A DNA stretch of 64,000 nucleotides from an uncultured delta proteobacterium (GCA_963832165.1 CAWHTE010000003.1:640001-704000); one strand, 5' to 3'; shown: positions 39,243 through 49,717, numbered from the stretch's first letter. Numbers and translations: made by a program. Notes: a model not told the origin generated them from the letters alone.

Positions 39243-40358
39243 CTATGCGCGCGGGAGCGACCCGGTGTCGATCCCGTACAGCTCGGCCACGTTGCCCGAT
39301 AGGATGGCCTGTTGCTGGACTTCGTCCAGATCCTTCCGGTGCTCGGCGAGCATCTCCTGGCTCCACGGCCACGTGGAGTCGCTGTGCGGAAAGTCGTTCG
39401 CCCACATCAGGCGCCGCCAGTTCATGAGGTTCGCAGTCTTGAACGCGACCCAATCGTCCTGGAACGTCGTGTAGATGTTCTCGGCGAAGTACTCCGAGGG
39501 CAGCTGCGAGAGCTTCTGCCCGGCCGGCAGCCAGTTGCGGTGCCGCTTGTAGGCGTGATCCATCCGATACATGTAGTGCGGAACCCAGCCCGCATCGGCC
39601 TCGGCGCAGACGATGCGCAGCTTCGGATGGCGCTCGAAGACACCGCCGAGGATCAGCGTGCCCATGATGTCCTGGCAGCCGCGCACGATCGTGAGAAAGC
39701 CGTTCATGAGCGGGCCGCGGTGCGTGTCGGGATTGCGGGTCGTCAGGATGTGGAACGACAGCGGCAGGCCCAGATCGATCGCGGCGCGCCAGAAGTCGTC
39801 GTAAACGGGCTTGTCGTAGTCCTCGACGCCCGGGTGTCCCGGCATCATGACGCCGCGCAGACCAGCGGCCTTGATCGCTTCGAGATCGCTGATCCCTTCT
39901 TCGGGTGTGCGCATCGCGGTCTGACCGCAGCCGAACAGCCGGTCCGGATGCGCTGCGCAGTACTCGGCGATCCAGCGGTTGTAGGCGTCGAAGCAGGCCT
40001 TCTTGTATTCGAGGTCCTTGTGGTTGCACAGCACCATTCCGACCGTCGGATAGAGGATCTCGGCCGACACGCCGTCGCGATCCTGGTCGGCAAGCCGCGC
40101 CTCGGGATCCCAGCCGCCGCGGTGCATGTCCTCGAACGGCACGCCGTTCACGCGGATCTCTTCGGGCGGCTTGCCCGCAGCCGCCACGAGGCCCATCGCG
40201 ATTGGCTTCGACATGCCGTCGACGACGAACACGTCGCCGCCGTCCTCCTGGCGGTGCATGCGCGGCGCGCGGTCCTTCCAGCGCGACTCGATGTGGTCGA
40301 TATAGGTGTTCGCGGGCTCGGTGATGTGCGAGTCGGCCGAGATGATCGGGTAGCTCAT
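39243..40358 (-). CDS. Amidohydrolase-family (Amidohydro_2) protein
   Basis: ISADSHITEP, LSFHI, EADAGW, WANDFPHSDS. Confidence 0.9.
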   Translation of the reverse strand: MSYPIISADSHITEPANTYIDHIESRWKDRAPRMHRQEDGGDVFVVDGMSKPIAMGLVAAAGKPPEEIRVNGVPFEDMHRGGWDPEARLADQDRDGVSAEILYPTVGMVLCNHKDLEYKKACFDAYNRWIAEYCAAHPDRLFGCGQTAMRTPEEGISDLEAIKAAGLRGVMMPGHPGVEDYDKPVYDDFWRAAIDLGLPLSFHILTTRNPDTHRGPLMNGFLTIVRGCQDIMGTLILGGVFERHPKLRIVCAEADAGWVPHYMYRMDHAYKRHRNWLPAGQKLSQLPSEYFAENIYTTFQDDWVAFKTANLMNWRRLMWANDFPHSDSTWPWSQEMLAEHRKDLDEVQQQAILSGNVAELYGIDTGSLPRA

Positions 40359-42048
40359 GACACTCCCTTCCGAGTCCTCCGCGAAGCACGTGACCGGGCA
40401 GCGGTCCGTCGGGATCGACGACGTCGCGCCCGTCCTCGCGAATCGGCGTGCCCTCCACCACGACAGCGCGAATGCCGATCGCGTCCGAGACCAGGCGATC
40501 GGCGCCGGCGGGGAAGTCGCGCACGCGCCGCAGCGGTCCACATCCGACCGTGTCGGGATCGAAGATCACGACGTCGGCGGGCACCCCGACTGCGAGGCGG
40601 CCGCGGTCGTGCAGGCCAAAGTGGTCGGCGGTGGCCGACGTGAGCCGGCGCACGCCCTCCTCGAGCGAGAGCACGTTCGTCTCGCGCACCCAGTGCGCGA
40701 GCAGGTGGGTCGGTGCGCAGGCGTCGCAGAGCTGGCTGGCATGGGCGCCCGCGTCGGAGAGTCCGAGTACGGTGTTCGGACTGCGGAGCAGCTCCGCGAC
40801 CTCGGCTTCGTCGGTATTGGCGATGGGCATCCGGAAGCGCGCCTCGAGGTCGCTCGCGAGCGCGAGATCGAGCATCAGGTCGATCGGATCGACACCGCGC
40901 TCGGCCGCGACCGCGGCGACACTGCGCTCCGCGAGCGCAGGCTCGCCAGGGAACTCGCTGATCACCATCGCGTCCCAGTTGCGAGTGAGCGTCGCCTCGC
41001 TCGCGCGCTCGCGGAACCGCGCGCGCCAGTCGCGATCGGCGTAGATGCGCTTCTTGCCCTCGCGGTCGGCTGCGGAGACGGGCGAGAACACCGACATGCT
41101 CTCGAACGGGAACGGCGCCGCGAACTGGAACTCGAGCACGAGCGGCCGGCACGAGACCTGCGGCACCACGTCGATGCCCTGAGCCTGGAGCTTCGCGTTC
41201 ATCTCGAGCGCGCGGCGGTGCCCATCGGGTCCGAACAGGCCCGCGAGCAGCGCGGTCCAGCTCACAGTCTTTCCGATTGCCTGCGAGATCTCGCCGAGCT
41301 GCGGGATGAACAGATCTCGCCCGACGGTCGCCTGCATGAGTCCGTGGTCGAACTCGGCGAGACAGCTCGCGAGCGCCGTGACCTCGGCGAAAGCCGCGGC
41401 GCGGCTCGGCACCGGCTTCCCCGCATAACCGACATGCGTGGGCGCGCGCGAAGTCGCGAAGCCGACCGCGCCCGCGGCGAGCGCACCGCGCACGATCGCC
41501 TGCATCTGCGCGATTTCGTCTTGCGTCGCCTCGCGCTCGGTGGCGTCCTCGCCCATCACGTAGAGGCGCACGGGCGTGTGCCCGACCAGCGCACCCACGT
41601 GGATCGCGGTGCCGCGCGCATCGAGCGCGTCCAGGAACTGGGGGAAGGTCTCGAACGGCCAGTCGCTGCCGACTCCCGCGCGCAGCGCGTCGAGCGACAT
41701 GCCCTCGACGCTCTCGAGCGTGCGCAGGATCAGATCGCGGTGCGCGGGGCGCGTCGGTGCGATGCCGAATCCGCAGTTTCCGATCACGACGCTCGTGACG
41801 CCGTGCCAGGGCGAGATCGACAACATGCGGTCCCAGAACAGCTGGGCGTCGTAGTGGGTATGGATGTCGACGAAGCCGGGCGTCACCGCGCATCCGGAGG
41901 CGTCGATCGTGCGCGCGGCGCTGCCCGTCACGTCGCCGAGCGCGGCAACGCGCCCATTCGCGATGCCGACGTCGCCCGCGCGCCCCGGCGCGCCGCTGCC
42001 GTCGTAGATCGTGCCACCGCGAATCAAGAGATCGAAGGATTCGCCCAT
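40355..42048 (-). CDS. N-acyl-D-amino-acid deacylase-family protein, probable 1-nt deletion near 40378
   Basis: PGFVDIHTHYD, GNCGF, SDAGAH, ADVVIFD, PGHVLRG; adding one base gives a stop in ATGA overlap with the next gene. Confidence 0.88.
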
Positions 42049-42091
42049 TGCTGCTGCTCCCGATGGCGCCATGGTAGCCGCCGCGCCCGGC

Positions 42092-43201
42092 TCAGGCGCG
42101 CGGGACATCGAGCGCGATGGCGACGACAGGCAGCCGGCGCAGGTGCGCCCGCAGCGACTCGGCAACCCAGGCGTGGCCCGCTTCGCTGAGCGGGGCCTCG
42201 CTGCCGTGCAGATCGGTGGCTTCGATCGGCTCGTAGAGCCGGATCGCGTCGTCGCGCGACATCACGCGCAGCTCTTCCACCAGGTCGACGATCGGGATAT
42301 CGCGGTCGCGCGCCTCGCGCGCGATGCGCGAGCGCCAGAGCTCGCCGGGGGTCTCGTAGTCGGCCAGCGTGGGGAGGTTGAGCAGCACGAGCGCCGCGCC
42401 GCGCTGCTCCGCCAGATGCGCGAGCTCTTCGAACACCTTCCCGGAGAGCGCAGCGAGCTCTCCCGCGGTGAGCCGTTCCGCGGGCGGGCTCAGCGCGCGG
42501 ATCGCGGGGCGCGCGACCTCCACGATGCGCAGGCGTTCGAACAGCGAGAGGTTGCGCACGAGCCACGGCATCCGCTCGCCGTTGTTGGGGACCGGGACGT
42601 TGCCCACCTCGAGCGCGCCGCTCGAGCCGATCCGCAGCACGGGCTTGGCGTACTGGTGGTACTTGTCCTTCTCCATGCGCGCGAAGTCGTCGCGCACGAA
42701 CGCGAACACCAACACGTCGAAGTCGAACCCGCCGCCGTCGCGGCGCACGCGCAGGTAGCTCTGGTCGAGTCCGTAGCCGCCCTGGCCCAGATTCACGGTT
42801 TCGAGGTGGGGCTCGATCTGCTCGAGCTGCGCGCACCAGGTGGCATCGTCATCGACGCCCACACCCAGTGTGAACGCGTCCCCCACGCACAGCGCGCGCG
42901 TGCGTCCTGGCGGCGGCGCCTCCGCGTAGGTGCGCTTCGCGCGAATCCCCTGGCCGTTGATCGTGAGGTGGCGCCCGGGGCCGTAGAAATCGTCGAGGCG
43001 CGTGTCGGGCACGCTCGACCAGCCGAGCTCGGAATCGAAGCGCATGTGCAGGCGCTCGCGCTCGGGCGGCTGCACTCCCTCCGCGAGTCCCAGCGCGAAC
43101 CCGACCATGCTCGCGGTCCCCTCGACCACGACGAGTAACAGCAGGCAGCGCACGGCGAGCGAGGTCGCCGAGCGCGCCGTGCGAGCGATGGCGGGAAACA
43201 C
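42092..43201 (-). CDS. Membrane-anchored SGNH/GDSL-like protein with degenerate catalytic motifs
   Basis: N-terminal TM, FDSELGW, INGQGIR, VGDAFTLG, NLGQGGYGLDQ, LSEAGH. Confidence 0.75.
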   Translation of the reverse strand: MFPAIARTARSATSLAVRCLLLLVVVEGTASMVGFALGLAEGVQPPERERLHMRFDSELGWSSVPDTRLDDFYGPGRHLTINGQGIRAKRTYAEAPPPGRTRALCVGDAFTLGVGVDDDATWCAQLEQIEPHLETVNLGQGGYGLDQSYLRVRRDGGGFDFDVLVFAFVRDDFARMEKDKYHQYAKPVLRIGSSGALEVGNVPVPNNGERMPWLVRNLSLFERLRIVEVARPAIRALSPPAERLTAGELAALSGKVFEELAHLAEQRGAALVLLNLPTLADYETPGELWRSRIAREARDRDIPIVDLVEELRVMSRDDAIRLYEPIEATDLHGSEAPLSEAGHAWVAESLRAHLRRLPVVAIALDVPRA

Positions 43202-43245
43202 GGGCAGATCAGGCGCGCGCGCGTGCGCGTGAGGGGGGGCTCATG

Positions 43246-43265
43246 AACCCGTGTTAACACGCGTT
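43246..43265. promoter_or_regulatory. Palindromic candidate operator
   Basis: AACCCGTGTTAACACGCGTT; perfect 12-bp core CGTGTTAACACG in a divergent intergenic region. Confidence 0.45.
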
Positions 43266-43352
43266 GGGGTGGATTGTCGACCCGGATCCTGGCGCAAGCG
43301 CGAATCGCGGTAATCTTCCGACGTCCCCGCCGGAGAGCTGATCCCTATCTCG

Positions 43353-44543
43353 ATGCTGCGCGGAACCGTCCATTCCGATTTCAAGCCCGTAGCGCGGGTA
43401 TTCGAGCGCCTGCTGCCGACCGAGGTCGGCGGTGCTGCGCTGTGCGTCTACCACCGCGGCGAGAAGGTGGTCGACTGCTGGGGCGGCACCCGCGATCTCG
43501 CGGGCAACCCGTGGGAGGAGGACACGCTTTCGCTGTCCTTCTCCACGTCGAAGGGCGTCACGTCCACGCTGATGCACATGTGCGTCGATCGCGGCCTGAT
43601 CGATTACGACGATCCGGTGCGCGAGTACTGGCCCGAGTTCGCACACGCCGGCAAGGCCGATATCACGGTCCGCCAGGTGATGTGCCACGAGGCAGGCCTC
43701 TACCAGATCCGCCGCATGGTCGACCACGCGCACCGGATGTTCGACTGGGAGTACATGGTCGAGGCGCTCGGCGACGCGATCCCCTGTCACAAGCCCGGGC
43801 GCGCCCATGGCTATCACGGCTTCACCTACGGGTGGCTCGTGGGCGAGCTGATCCAGCGCGTCACGGGCAAGCCGTTCAGCGAGCTGCTCGCCTCGGAGAT
43901 CGCGCGGCCGCTCGGCCTCGACGGGCTCTACATCGGCCTGCCCGCCAGCCAGATGCACCGCCGTGCGCAGCTGATCCCCTCGGCGCTCACGAGTCCGGAC
44001 GGCAACGTGATGCCGGCGATGCGCCGCTGGGTCCGCGGGATCAATCGCGTGCTGCGCCTGATCGGCCAGCCGATCGACCTGTCGGCGCTCGCCGAAGCGC
44101 TCATGCCGGAGGGGATCGAGCAGCTCGACTTCGACTCGGAGGAATTCTTGTCGGTGCCGATTCCGGCCGCGAACGGGATGTTCACGGCACGCTCCCTCGC
44201 GAAGATGTACGCGGCACTCGCGAGCGACGGCGAGCTCGACGGCGTGAAGCTGCTCGGCCGCGACACGCTATGGCGCGCCACCGAGGTGCAGAACCGCGGG
44301 ATCGGCCGCGTGATCCCGATCCCGATGCACTGGCGGCTCGGCTACCACCGCGTTGCGTCGCTTGGCCCCGCGGTGCCGAACGGATTCGGTCACTATGGCT
44401 TCGGCGGCTCGGGCGCGTTCGCGGACCCGGACCGCGATCTCGCGGTCGCGCTCACGCTCAACAGCGGAATCGGCACGCCGTTCGGCGATCTCCGCACCGT
44501 CCGCATCGGCACCGCTGCGCTGCGCTGTGCGGAGGACCGATAG
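43353..44543 (+). CDS. Serine hydrolase (beta-lactamase-like esterase, family VIII)
   Basis: FSTSK (SxxK), HEAGL, YHGFTYG, FGHYGFGG. Confidence 0.9.
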   Translation: MLRGTVHSDFKPVARVFERLLPTEVGGAALCVYHRGEKVVDCWGGTRDLAGNPWEEDTLSLSFSTSKGVTSTLMHMCVDRGLIDYDDPVREYWPEFAHAGKADITVRQVMCHEAGLYQIRRMVDHAHRMFDWEYMVEALGDAIPCHKPGRAHGYHGFTYGWLVGELIQRVTGKPFSELLASEIARPLGLDGLYIGLPASQMHRRAQLIPSALTSPDGNVMPAMRRWVRGINRVLRLIGQPIDLSALAEALMPEGIEQLDFDSEEFLSVPIPAANGMFTARSLAKMYAALASDGELDGVKLLGRDTLWRATEVQNRGIGRVIPIPMHWRLGYHRVASLGPAVPNGFGHYGFGGSGAFADPDRDLAVALTLNSGIGTPFGDLRTVRIGTAALRCAEDR

Positions 44544-44643
44544 CTCCGCGCTCCAGCGGGCTCGATTCGTCTGCCTAACGATCGCGCGCGCGGCGGCGCT
44601 AGTCTACAGGACCAGCCGCGGGCGGCTGCGGGGAGATCGATTC

Positions 44644-45765
44644 ATGACGCTGTTACGGTCGATGCTGTCAGCGGCCGCGGTGCTCGCGCTGGGTGGCGGC
44701 GCGGTGAGCGCGCTCGAAGTGCCGTGCTCGGCGCACACGGATCCCAGGCTCGCGTCGATGAGCGACGACGGGATCGGCCTGACCAGCTCGCTCGGGCTCG
44801 CCGACGGGCGCTTCGCGCTGCCCGAGACCGCGACTCCGACACAGCTCGTGGTGATGTTCCACGGCCACGGCAACGACACCTGCAGCTGGCGCAATCACCT
44901 GCGCCGGGCGGCGGAGCGCGGCGCGGTCGCCGTGGCGATCGACTATTTGCGGCAGACGCCGAGCGAGAACTACGGCTGGTTCATGCGCGAAGCGGCTTCA
45001 GATTCGATCACGGCCGCGCGCTACTTCCTTGGCGCCTATCCCTCGATCACGCAGGTCTTCGTGATCGGGATCAGCATGGGCGGCAACGCGTCCGGGGTGG
45101 CGGTGGCTTCACCCGACGCCGTGCGACTCGACGGGACGACGCCGCTCTTCGACTACTGGGTGGACGTCGAGGGCGTCAACAACCTGACCGAGGAGTACCT
45201 CGTGATCCGCGCGGTGTCGCCGGTGCTTCCGTCCGCGGCGCTCGCGCAGCAGGAGATCGAGGAGGAGAATGGCGGAACGTTCGAGGAAGTGCCGGAGCGC
45301 TATCTCGAGATCACCAACGTCTTGCGCGCACCCGACATGAGCGAGCTCGAGGGCGCCGTGATCGTGCACGGCGTGGACGACGGCCTGGTCACGACCGACC
45401 AGAGCCCGCAGATGATGTCAGCGCTCAATCTCGCGGGGGTCCCGGCTCACCTGTACACCGTGGCGCTGCGCGGGGAGGGGGAGCCCGGCGACACCGCCAC
45501 GGCAATTCCATTCAGCGCGCTCGGATTGCCCTATCCGGCCGCGTTCGCGGGCCACGGCTGGGAGGGCAGCGACACCCACCTCGTCATCACGACCGGCTTC
45601 GCCCGACTGTGGGCGTTGATGGACGGCGCCTCGGTCGAACCCGGCGAGACGGTCGGCGGTCTGACCTTCGCGCCGGAGCCGAGCTCGAACGCACTGCTGC
45701 TCAGCGGTGCACTCGCGCTGGCGATTCTGGCTAGGCGCGGCCGCCGGGCTCCAACACAACCTTGA
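44644..45765 (+). CDS. Secreted alpha/beta-hydrolase-fold protein with PEP-CTERM tail
   Basis: Signal peptide, MFHGHG, GISMGG, HGVDDG, AGHG; APEPSSNALLLSGALALAILARRGRR. Confidence 0.8.
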   Translation: MTLLRSMLSAAAVLALGGGAVSALEVPCSAHTDPRLASMSDDGIGLTSSLGLADGRFALPETATPTQLVVMFHGHGNDTCSWRNHLRRAAERGAVAVAIDYLRQTPSENYGWFMREAASDSITAARYFLGAYPSITQVFVIGISMGGNASGVAVASPDAVRLDGTTPLFDYWVDVEGVNNLTEEYLVIRAVSPVLPSAALAQQEIEEENGGTFEEVPERYLEITNVLRAPDMSELEGAVIVHGVDDGLVTTDQSPQMMSALNLAGVPAHLYTVALRGEGEPGDTATAIPFSALGLPYPAAFAGHGWEGSDTHLVITTGFARLWALMDGASVEPGETVGGLTFAPEPSSNALLLSGALALAILARRGRRAPTQP

Positions 45766-46678
45766 TCGCTCCCGACTTGCGATCGGCCGCGGTCGCGAAC
45801 GCCTCGCGCGCGGCCTCGAGCGGGAAGCGGTGGGTGATCAGCGCATCCGCGATCTCGGGCGCCTGCGCGAGGATCGACGCGGCGACATCGATGTCGCGCG
45901 ATGCGCCGTCGCGGCCGTAGAGGCTCGCGGGAATCACGTCGACCTCCTTGAGGCAGAGCGGGAAGCCCGGCAGCTCGAGTCCGCCCCAGTAGGTCGCGAC
46001 GAGCAGCAGGCGCGCGCCGGGGCGGCATAGCGGTAACGCGGCATCGAGCGCGCTCTTGGTGCCGGCCGCGTCGACTACGAGGTCGTAGGTGCCGGACGGC
46101 TCGCCCGCGCCGAGCCGCGCACCCGCCTCGCGCTGCGCGTCGTGGCGCGCGACGAGGTCGACGTGCGCGCCCGCGGCGCGCGCCGCCACCACGGAGCACA
46201 ACCCGATCGTGCCGCCGCCGACCACCGCCACGCGCTCGCCGCCGCGCAGCCTGGCGCGGCGCATGCCGTGCACGCAGACCGCGAGCGGCTCGACGAGGCT
46301 CGCGTTCGTGACCGGAACCGCGGGGTGCAGCGGGACGAGGCAGCGCTCGGGAACGAGCACCTCCTCGGCCATGCCCCCGTCGTGCGACACGCCGATCAGG
46401 ATTCCGGGTCCGAGCGCGCACAGGTTGTAGGCGCCGCGCTGACAGTTCGGGCAGTGCCCGCACGGCAGGATCGGCTCGATCGCCACGGGCGTGCCGTCGG
46501 GCGTGAGGCCCGCCAGCTCGTGGCCGAGCGTCCGGCCCGCCGCGAAGCCGGAATCGACGAGATGCAGATCGGAACCGCAGACGCCGGCGGAGCGGATCCG
46601 CACGCGTACGCCATCGCCCGACGGCGCCGGAACGTCCACCACCTCGACGACCCGATCGTGCGCACGAACCGCCCGCAT
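45731..46678 (-). CDS. Zn-binding (MDR) dehydrogenase
   Basis: GVCGSD, LGHE, CGHCPNC..C, GGGTIG. Confidence 0.9.
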   Translation of the reverse strand: MRAVRAHDRVVEVVDVPAPSGDGVRVRIRSAGVCGSDLHLVDSGFAAGRTLGHELAGLTPDGTPVAIEPILPCGHCPNCQRGAYNLCALGPGILIGVSHDGGMAEEVLVPERCLVPLHPAVPVTNASLVEPLAVCVHGMRRARLRGGERVAVVGGGTIGLCSVVAARAAGAHVDLVARHDAQREAGARLGAGEPSGTYDLVVDAAGTKSALDAALPLCRPGARLLLVATYWGGLELPGFPLCLKEVDVIPASLYGRDGASRDIDVAASILAQAPEIADALITHRFPLEAAREAFATAADRKSGAIKVVLEPGGRA

Positions 46679-46750
46679 CGCGCGCGCAGCTTACCGGACG
46701 ACCGGAACGGCTGCCCGGCGGACGTTAGAATGCGGAGGGAGGGGCGGGCG

Positions 46751-47704
46751 ATGAGTTACCGCAGGGGCTTGCACGATCTCGGCACGGGCTGCTTCGCGTG
46801 GCTCCAGCCGGACGGATCCTGGGGATGGAGCAACGCCGGGCTCGTGGTCGACGGCGAGGCGAGTCTGCTCGTCGACACGCTCTTCGACCTGCCACTCACG
46901 GCGGAGATGCTCGCCGCGATGCGCGCGGCGGTGCCCGCGGCGGCCCGGATCGACACGCTCGTGAACACGCACGCGAACGGCGATCACTGCTTCGGCAACG
47001 AGCTCGTCGCGGGCGCGGTGATCGTGGCGTCGGAGACGTGCGCGAAGGAGATGGGCGAGGTGCCGCCCGACGTACTGGGGCAGCTCGTCGCGAACGCGGA
47101 CGCATTGGGTCCGATCGCGGCCGCGTTCGTGCGCCGCGCATTCGGCCCGTTCCATTTCGCCGGCATCACGCTCACGCCGCCCACGGAGACGTTCAGCGGC
47201 GAGAGCCTGCGCCAGGTGGGTGCGAAGGAGGTGCATCTCATCGAGGTGGGGCCGGCGCACACGCGCGGCGACGTGCTCGTCTATGTGCCCGCCGACCGCA
47301 CCGTGTTCACGGGAGACATCGTGTTCGCGCACGCTCACCCGATCATCTGGGCGGGTCCGATCTCGAACTGGGTACGCGCGTGCGACCGGATCATCGCGCT
47401 GGAGGTCGACACGGTCGTGCCGGGCCACGGCCCGCTGTGCGGGCTCGAAGTGGTCGGCGAGCTGCGCGGCTATCTCCTGTACATCCAGGAGGAGGCGCGG
47501 CGCTGCTTCGAGGCCGGACTCTCGCGCGAGGAGGCCGCGCGCGCGATCGCGCTCGACGACTACGCGTCGTGGGGCGACGCCGAGCGGATCGCCGTAAACG
47601 TGGCCGCGCTCTACCGCGAGCTCGGCGATCCGGCACCGCCGCCGAGCCCGCTCGAGCTGTTCTCGCTGATGGCGCAGCTCGCGCACGATCGCCCCGCGCG
47701 CTGA
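46751..47704 (+). CDS. MBL-fold metallo-hydrolase (cyclase-like)
   Basis: NTHANGDHCFGN, AHTRGD, FTGD, PGHG. Confidence 0.9.
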   Translation: MSYRRGLHDLGTGCFAWLQPDGSWGWSNAGLVVDGEASLLVDTLFDLPLTAEMLAAMRAAVPAAARIDTLVNTHANGDHCFGNELVAGAVIVASETCAKEMGEVPPDVLGQLVANADALGPIAAAFVRRAFGPFHFAGITLTPPTETFSGESLRQVGAKEVHLIEVGPAHTRGDVLVYVPADRTVFTGDIVFAHAHPIIWAGPISNWVRACDRIIALEVDTVVPGHGPLCGLEVVGELRGYLLYIQEEARRCFEAGLSREEAARAIALDDYASWGDAERIAVNVAALYRELGDPAPPPSPLELFSLMAQLAHDRPAR

Positions 47705-47744
47705 TGCGGCTCGCGTGCGGGTATGCGCGGATTCGAGAGGCGCT

Positions 47745-48830
47745 CTAGCGCGGCGGCGGGGGCGGAGTTCCGAGCATCGCCGCGACTGCGGGTACCGAGC
47801 GCGCCGCGGTCCAGTTCGCCATGCCCGCGCACCAGACCAGCGTGTCGGGCCCGACGCGCCCAGCGGTGATCGCCTGCGCGAGCTCGGTCGGCCCGAACGG
47901 ACCGACGGCCTGTCCGTTCTCGACCACGTGCCACGCGGTCGCCGGAGGCACGGGCGGAGCCGTGGACGCAGGCGCGGCGCCGGGCGTGAATCGGCCCGCG
48001 ATGGCCATCCCCATGCCCACGCCCACGCCGGCGCCCGCGAGGCCGCCAGCGGGATTCGCAGCGGCGACGGGCGTCGCGGCCCCGACCTGGTAGTGCTGAT
48101 AGGCGGCGAGGTCGCCGATCGCGTTCATACTCGCGCGCGCGTCGAGCGCCTGCTCGACCTCTGCGGGCACCGAGATGTTCACGATCACGAGCTGCGGGAT
48201 CTCGAGCCCGTACTCGTCGTCGAGCCGCTCGCGCACGACCGTGCGCACCTGCTCGGAGAGCGTCGCGTAATGGGAGGCGAGCTCGAGCAGCGGGAGCTCG
48301 GCCTTCGCGATCACGTCGGCGAGGCTCTGGTTGATGATCGAGCGCACGAACTCGTGGATCTCGTCCACGGCGTACTCGCCGTTGGTGCCGACGAGCTCGG
48401 TGAGCAGCGTCTTGGGATCGGCAGCCCGCAGCGTGTAGGTGCCGAACGCGCGCACGCGCACCAGCCCGAGGTCGCGGTCGCGCATCGGAACCGGGTTCGG
48501 CGTGCCCCAGCGCAGGTCCATGATCTGGCGCGTGCTGACGAAGTACACCTCGGCCTTGAACGGGCTGTCGAAGCCGTACATCCAGCCGGCCAACGTGGAG
48601 AGCACGGGCAGGTTGCGCGTCTCGAGCCGGTGCTGGCCCGGACCGAAGACATCCGCGATCTGCCCGCGGTGCACGAACACCGCCACCTGGCCCGGGCGCA
48701 CGATCAGCTGGGCGCCGTACTTGATCTGGTTGTGGAAGCGCGGGAAGCGCCAGACGATGGTGTGTCGGCTGTCGTCGATCCATTCGATGATGTCGACGAG
48801 CTCGGCGCGCAATTTGTCCATGAATCCCAT
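47745..48830 (-). CDS. SPFH (band 7)-domain protein with C-terminal GYF_2-like domain
   Basis: ELVDIIEW, LIVRPGQVAVF, WGTPNP, RAFG; C-terminal WH..GPF..LVWCAGMANW. Confidence 0.85.
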   Translation of the reverse strand: MGFMDKLRAELVDIIEWIDDSRHTIVWRFPRFHNQIKYGAQLIVRPGQVAVFVHRGQIADVFGPGQHRLETRNLPVLSTLAGWMYGFDSPFKAEVYFVSTRQIMDLRWGTPNPVPMRDRDLGLVRVRAFGTYTLRAADPKTLLTELVGTNGEYAVDEIHEFVRSIINQSLADVIAKAELPLLELASHYATLSEQVRTVVRERLDDEYGLEIPQLVIVNISVPAEVEQALDARASMNAIGDLAAYQHYQVGAATPVAAANPAGGLAGAGVGVGMGMAIAGRFTPGAAPASTAPPVPPATAWHVVENGQAVGPFGPTELAQAITAGRVGPDTLVWCAGMANWTAARSVPAVAAMLGTPPPPPR

Positions 48831-48844
48831 GGCGAGTTCCCCTT

Positions 48845-49717
48845 TCAGTCGAGAATCTTCAGGAACAGATCGAGCAAGCTGCGGTGGTGCCGGGCGCCGT
48901 GAGTGTGCTGATCGACGCGCTGCTCGATCCGCGCGCGCGCGAACGCCGCCGACGCCTCGCGCTCCGCAGCCTTATGCTCGGCCTCGAGCACGGGTGAGGT
49001 GCGTCCGCCCGCGAGGATGAAACCGGCCACCTGCTCGAGCTCGTCGGCGTCGAGCCAGGTGCCGTGCTGGCGGCACTCGTCGAGGATCACTCCCGACGAG
49101 CGCTTGTAGTTCGCGCGCAGCATGAACTGGTCGCACTCGGGGCAGCGGCGATACTGCACGCTCCGGTCGAGCGGCTTGCCGCGCTGCACGCGGGGCGCGT
49201 CGGCCGCGGGCCCCTGCTGCTGGCGCAGCTGCGCGGCGCGCTTCACGAGCGCGTCGAAGTGGGCGCCCGTCACCCAGAGCCCGTGACAGCCAGGGCATTC
49301 GTTCACGGCGATGCCCGCGACCTGACTCGGCGGCATGCGCGTGTCGCAAGCGGGGCAGGGCAGCTCGCGGCCGTCGCTCGGCAGCGGCTGGGGTGCGAAC
49401 GCGACGCCGCACCCGACGCAGAAGCGGCTCGACTCGGCGTTGCGGGCAAAGCACTCGGGGCAGAGCAGCGAGAGCTTGTCGGGATCGCGCACGATCGCCG
49501 AGTCGCAGTACGCGCACGTCTGCGCATCCGGCTGGACCTGCGCGCCGCACGATCCGCAGCGCGCGATCACGGCGTCCACCGGGCGCTGCGCGCGGTTCTC
49601 GATCGTCTCGCCGCAGCGGCAGGCGAACTGTGCGGTGAGCAGCTGGCTCACGTCGTATTGGGTGTGGCAGACAGGGCAAGCGACCAGCTGCACGGGACGC
49701 GCCTCCGCAGGCTCCAT
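48845..49717 (-). CDS. Multi-zinc-ribbon protein (double zinc ribbon + zf-TFIIB-like repeats)
   Basis: About 10 Cys/His knuckles (CPVC, CRC, CGSC, CAYC, CPEC, CVGC, CPAC, CPGC, CPEC, CRQH); GLWV and GTWLDADEL. Confidence 0.82.
   Translation of the reverse strand: MEPAEARPVQLVACPVCHTQYDVSQLLTAQFACRCGETIENRAQRPVDAVIARCGSCGAQVQPDAQTCAYCDSAIVRDPDKLSLLCPECFARNAESSRFCVGCGVAFAPQPLPSDGRELPCPACDTRMPPSQVAGIAVNECPGCHGLWVTGAHFDALVKRAAQLRQQQGPAADAPRVQRGKPLDRSVQYRRCPECDQFMLRANYKRSSGVILDECRQHGTWLDADELEQVAGFILAGGRTSPVLEAEHKAAEREASAAFARARIEQRVDQHTHGARHHRSLLDLFLKILD

Noticed and set aside
39097..42165. Apparent 1022-aa D-aminoacylase with a long C-terminal extension
   Set aside because: Read-through caused by a probable 1-nt deletion near 40378; the extension is an off-frame reading of the next gene.
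43353..47704. Beta-lactamase-like and MBL-fold genes (and the APH genes) as antibiotic-resistance determinants
   Set aside because: Motifs and context fit esterase, cyclase-like hydrolase and ACAD10-like kinase families in catabolic regions.
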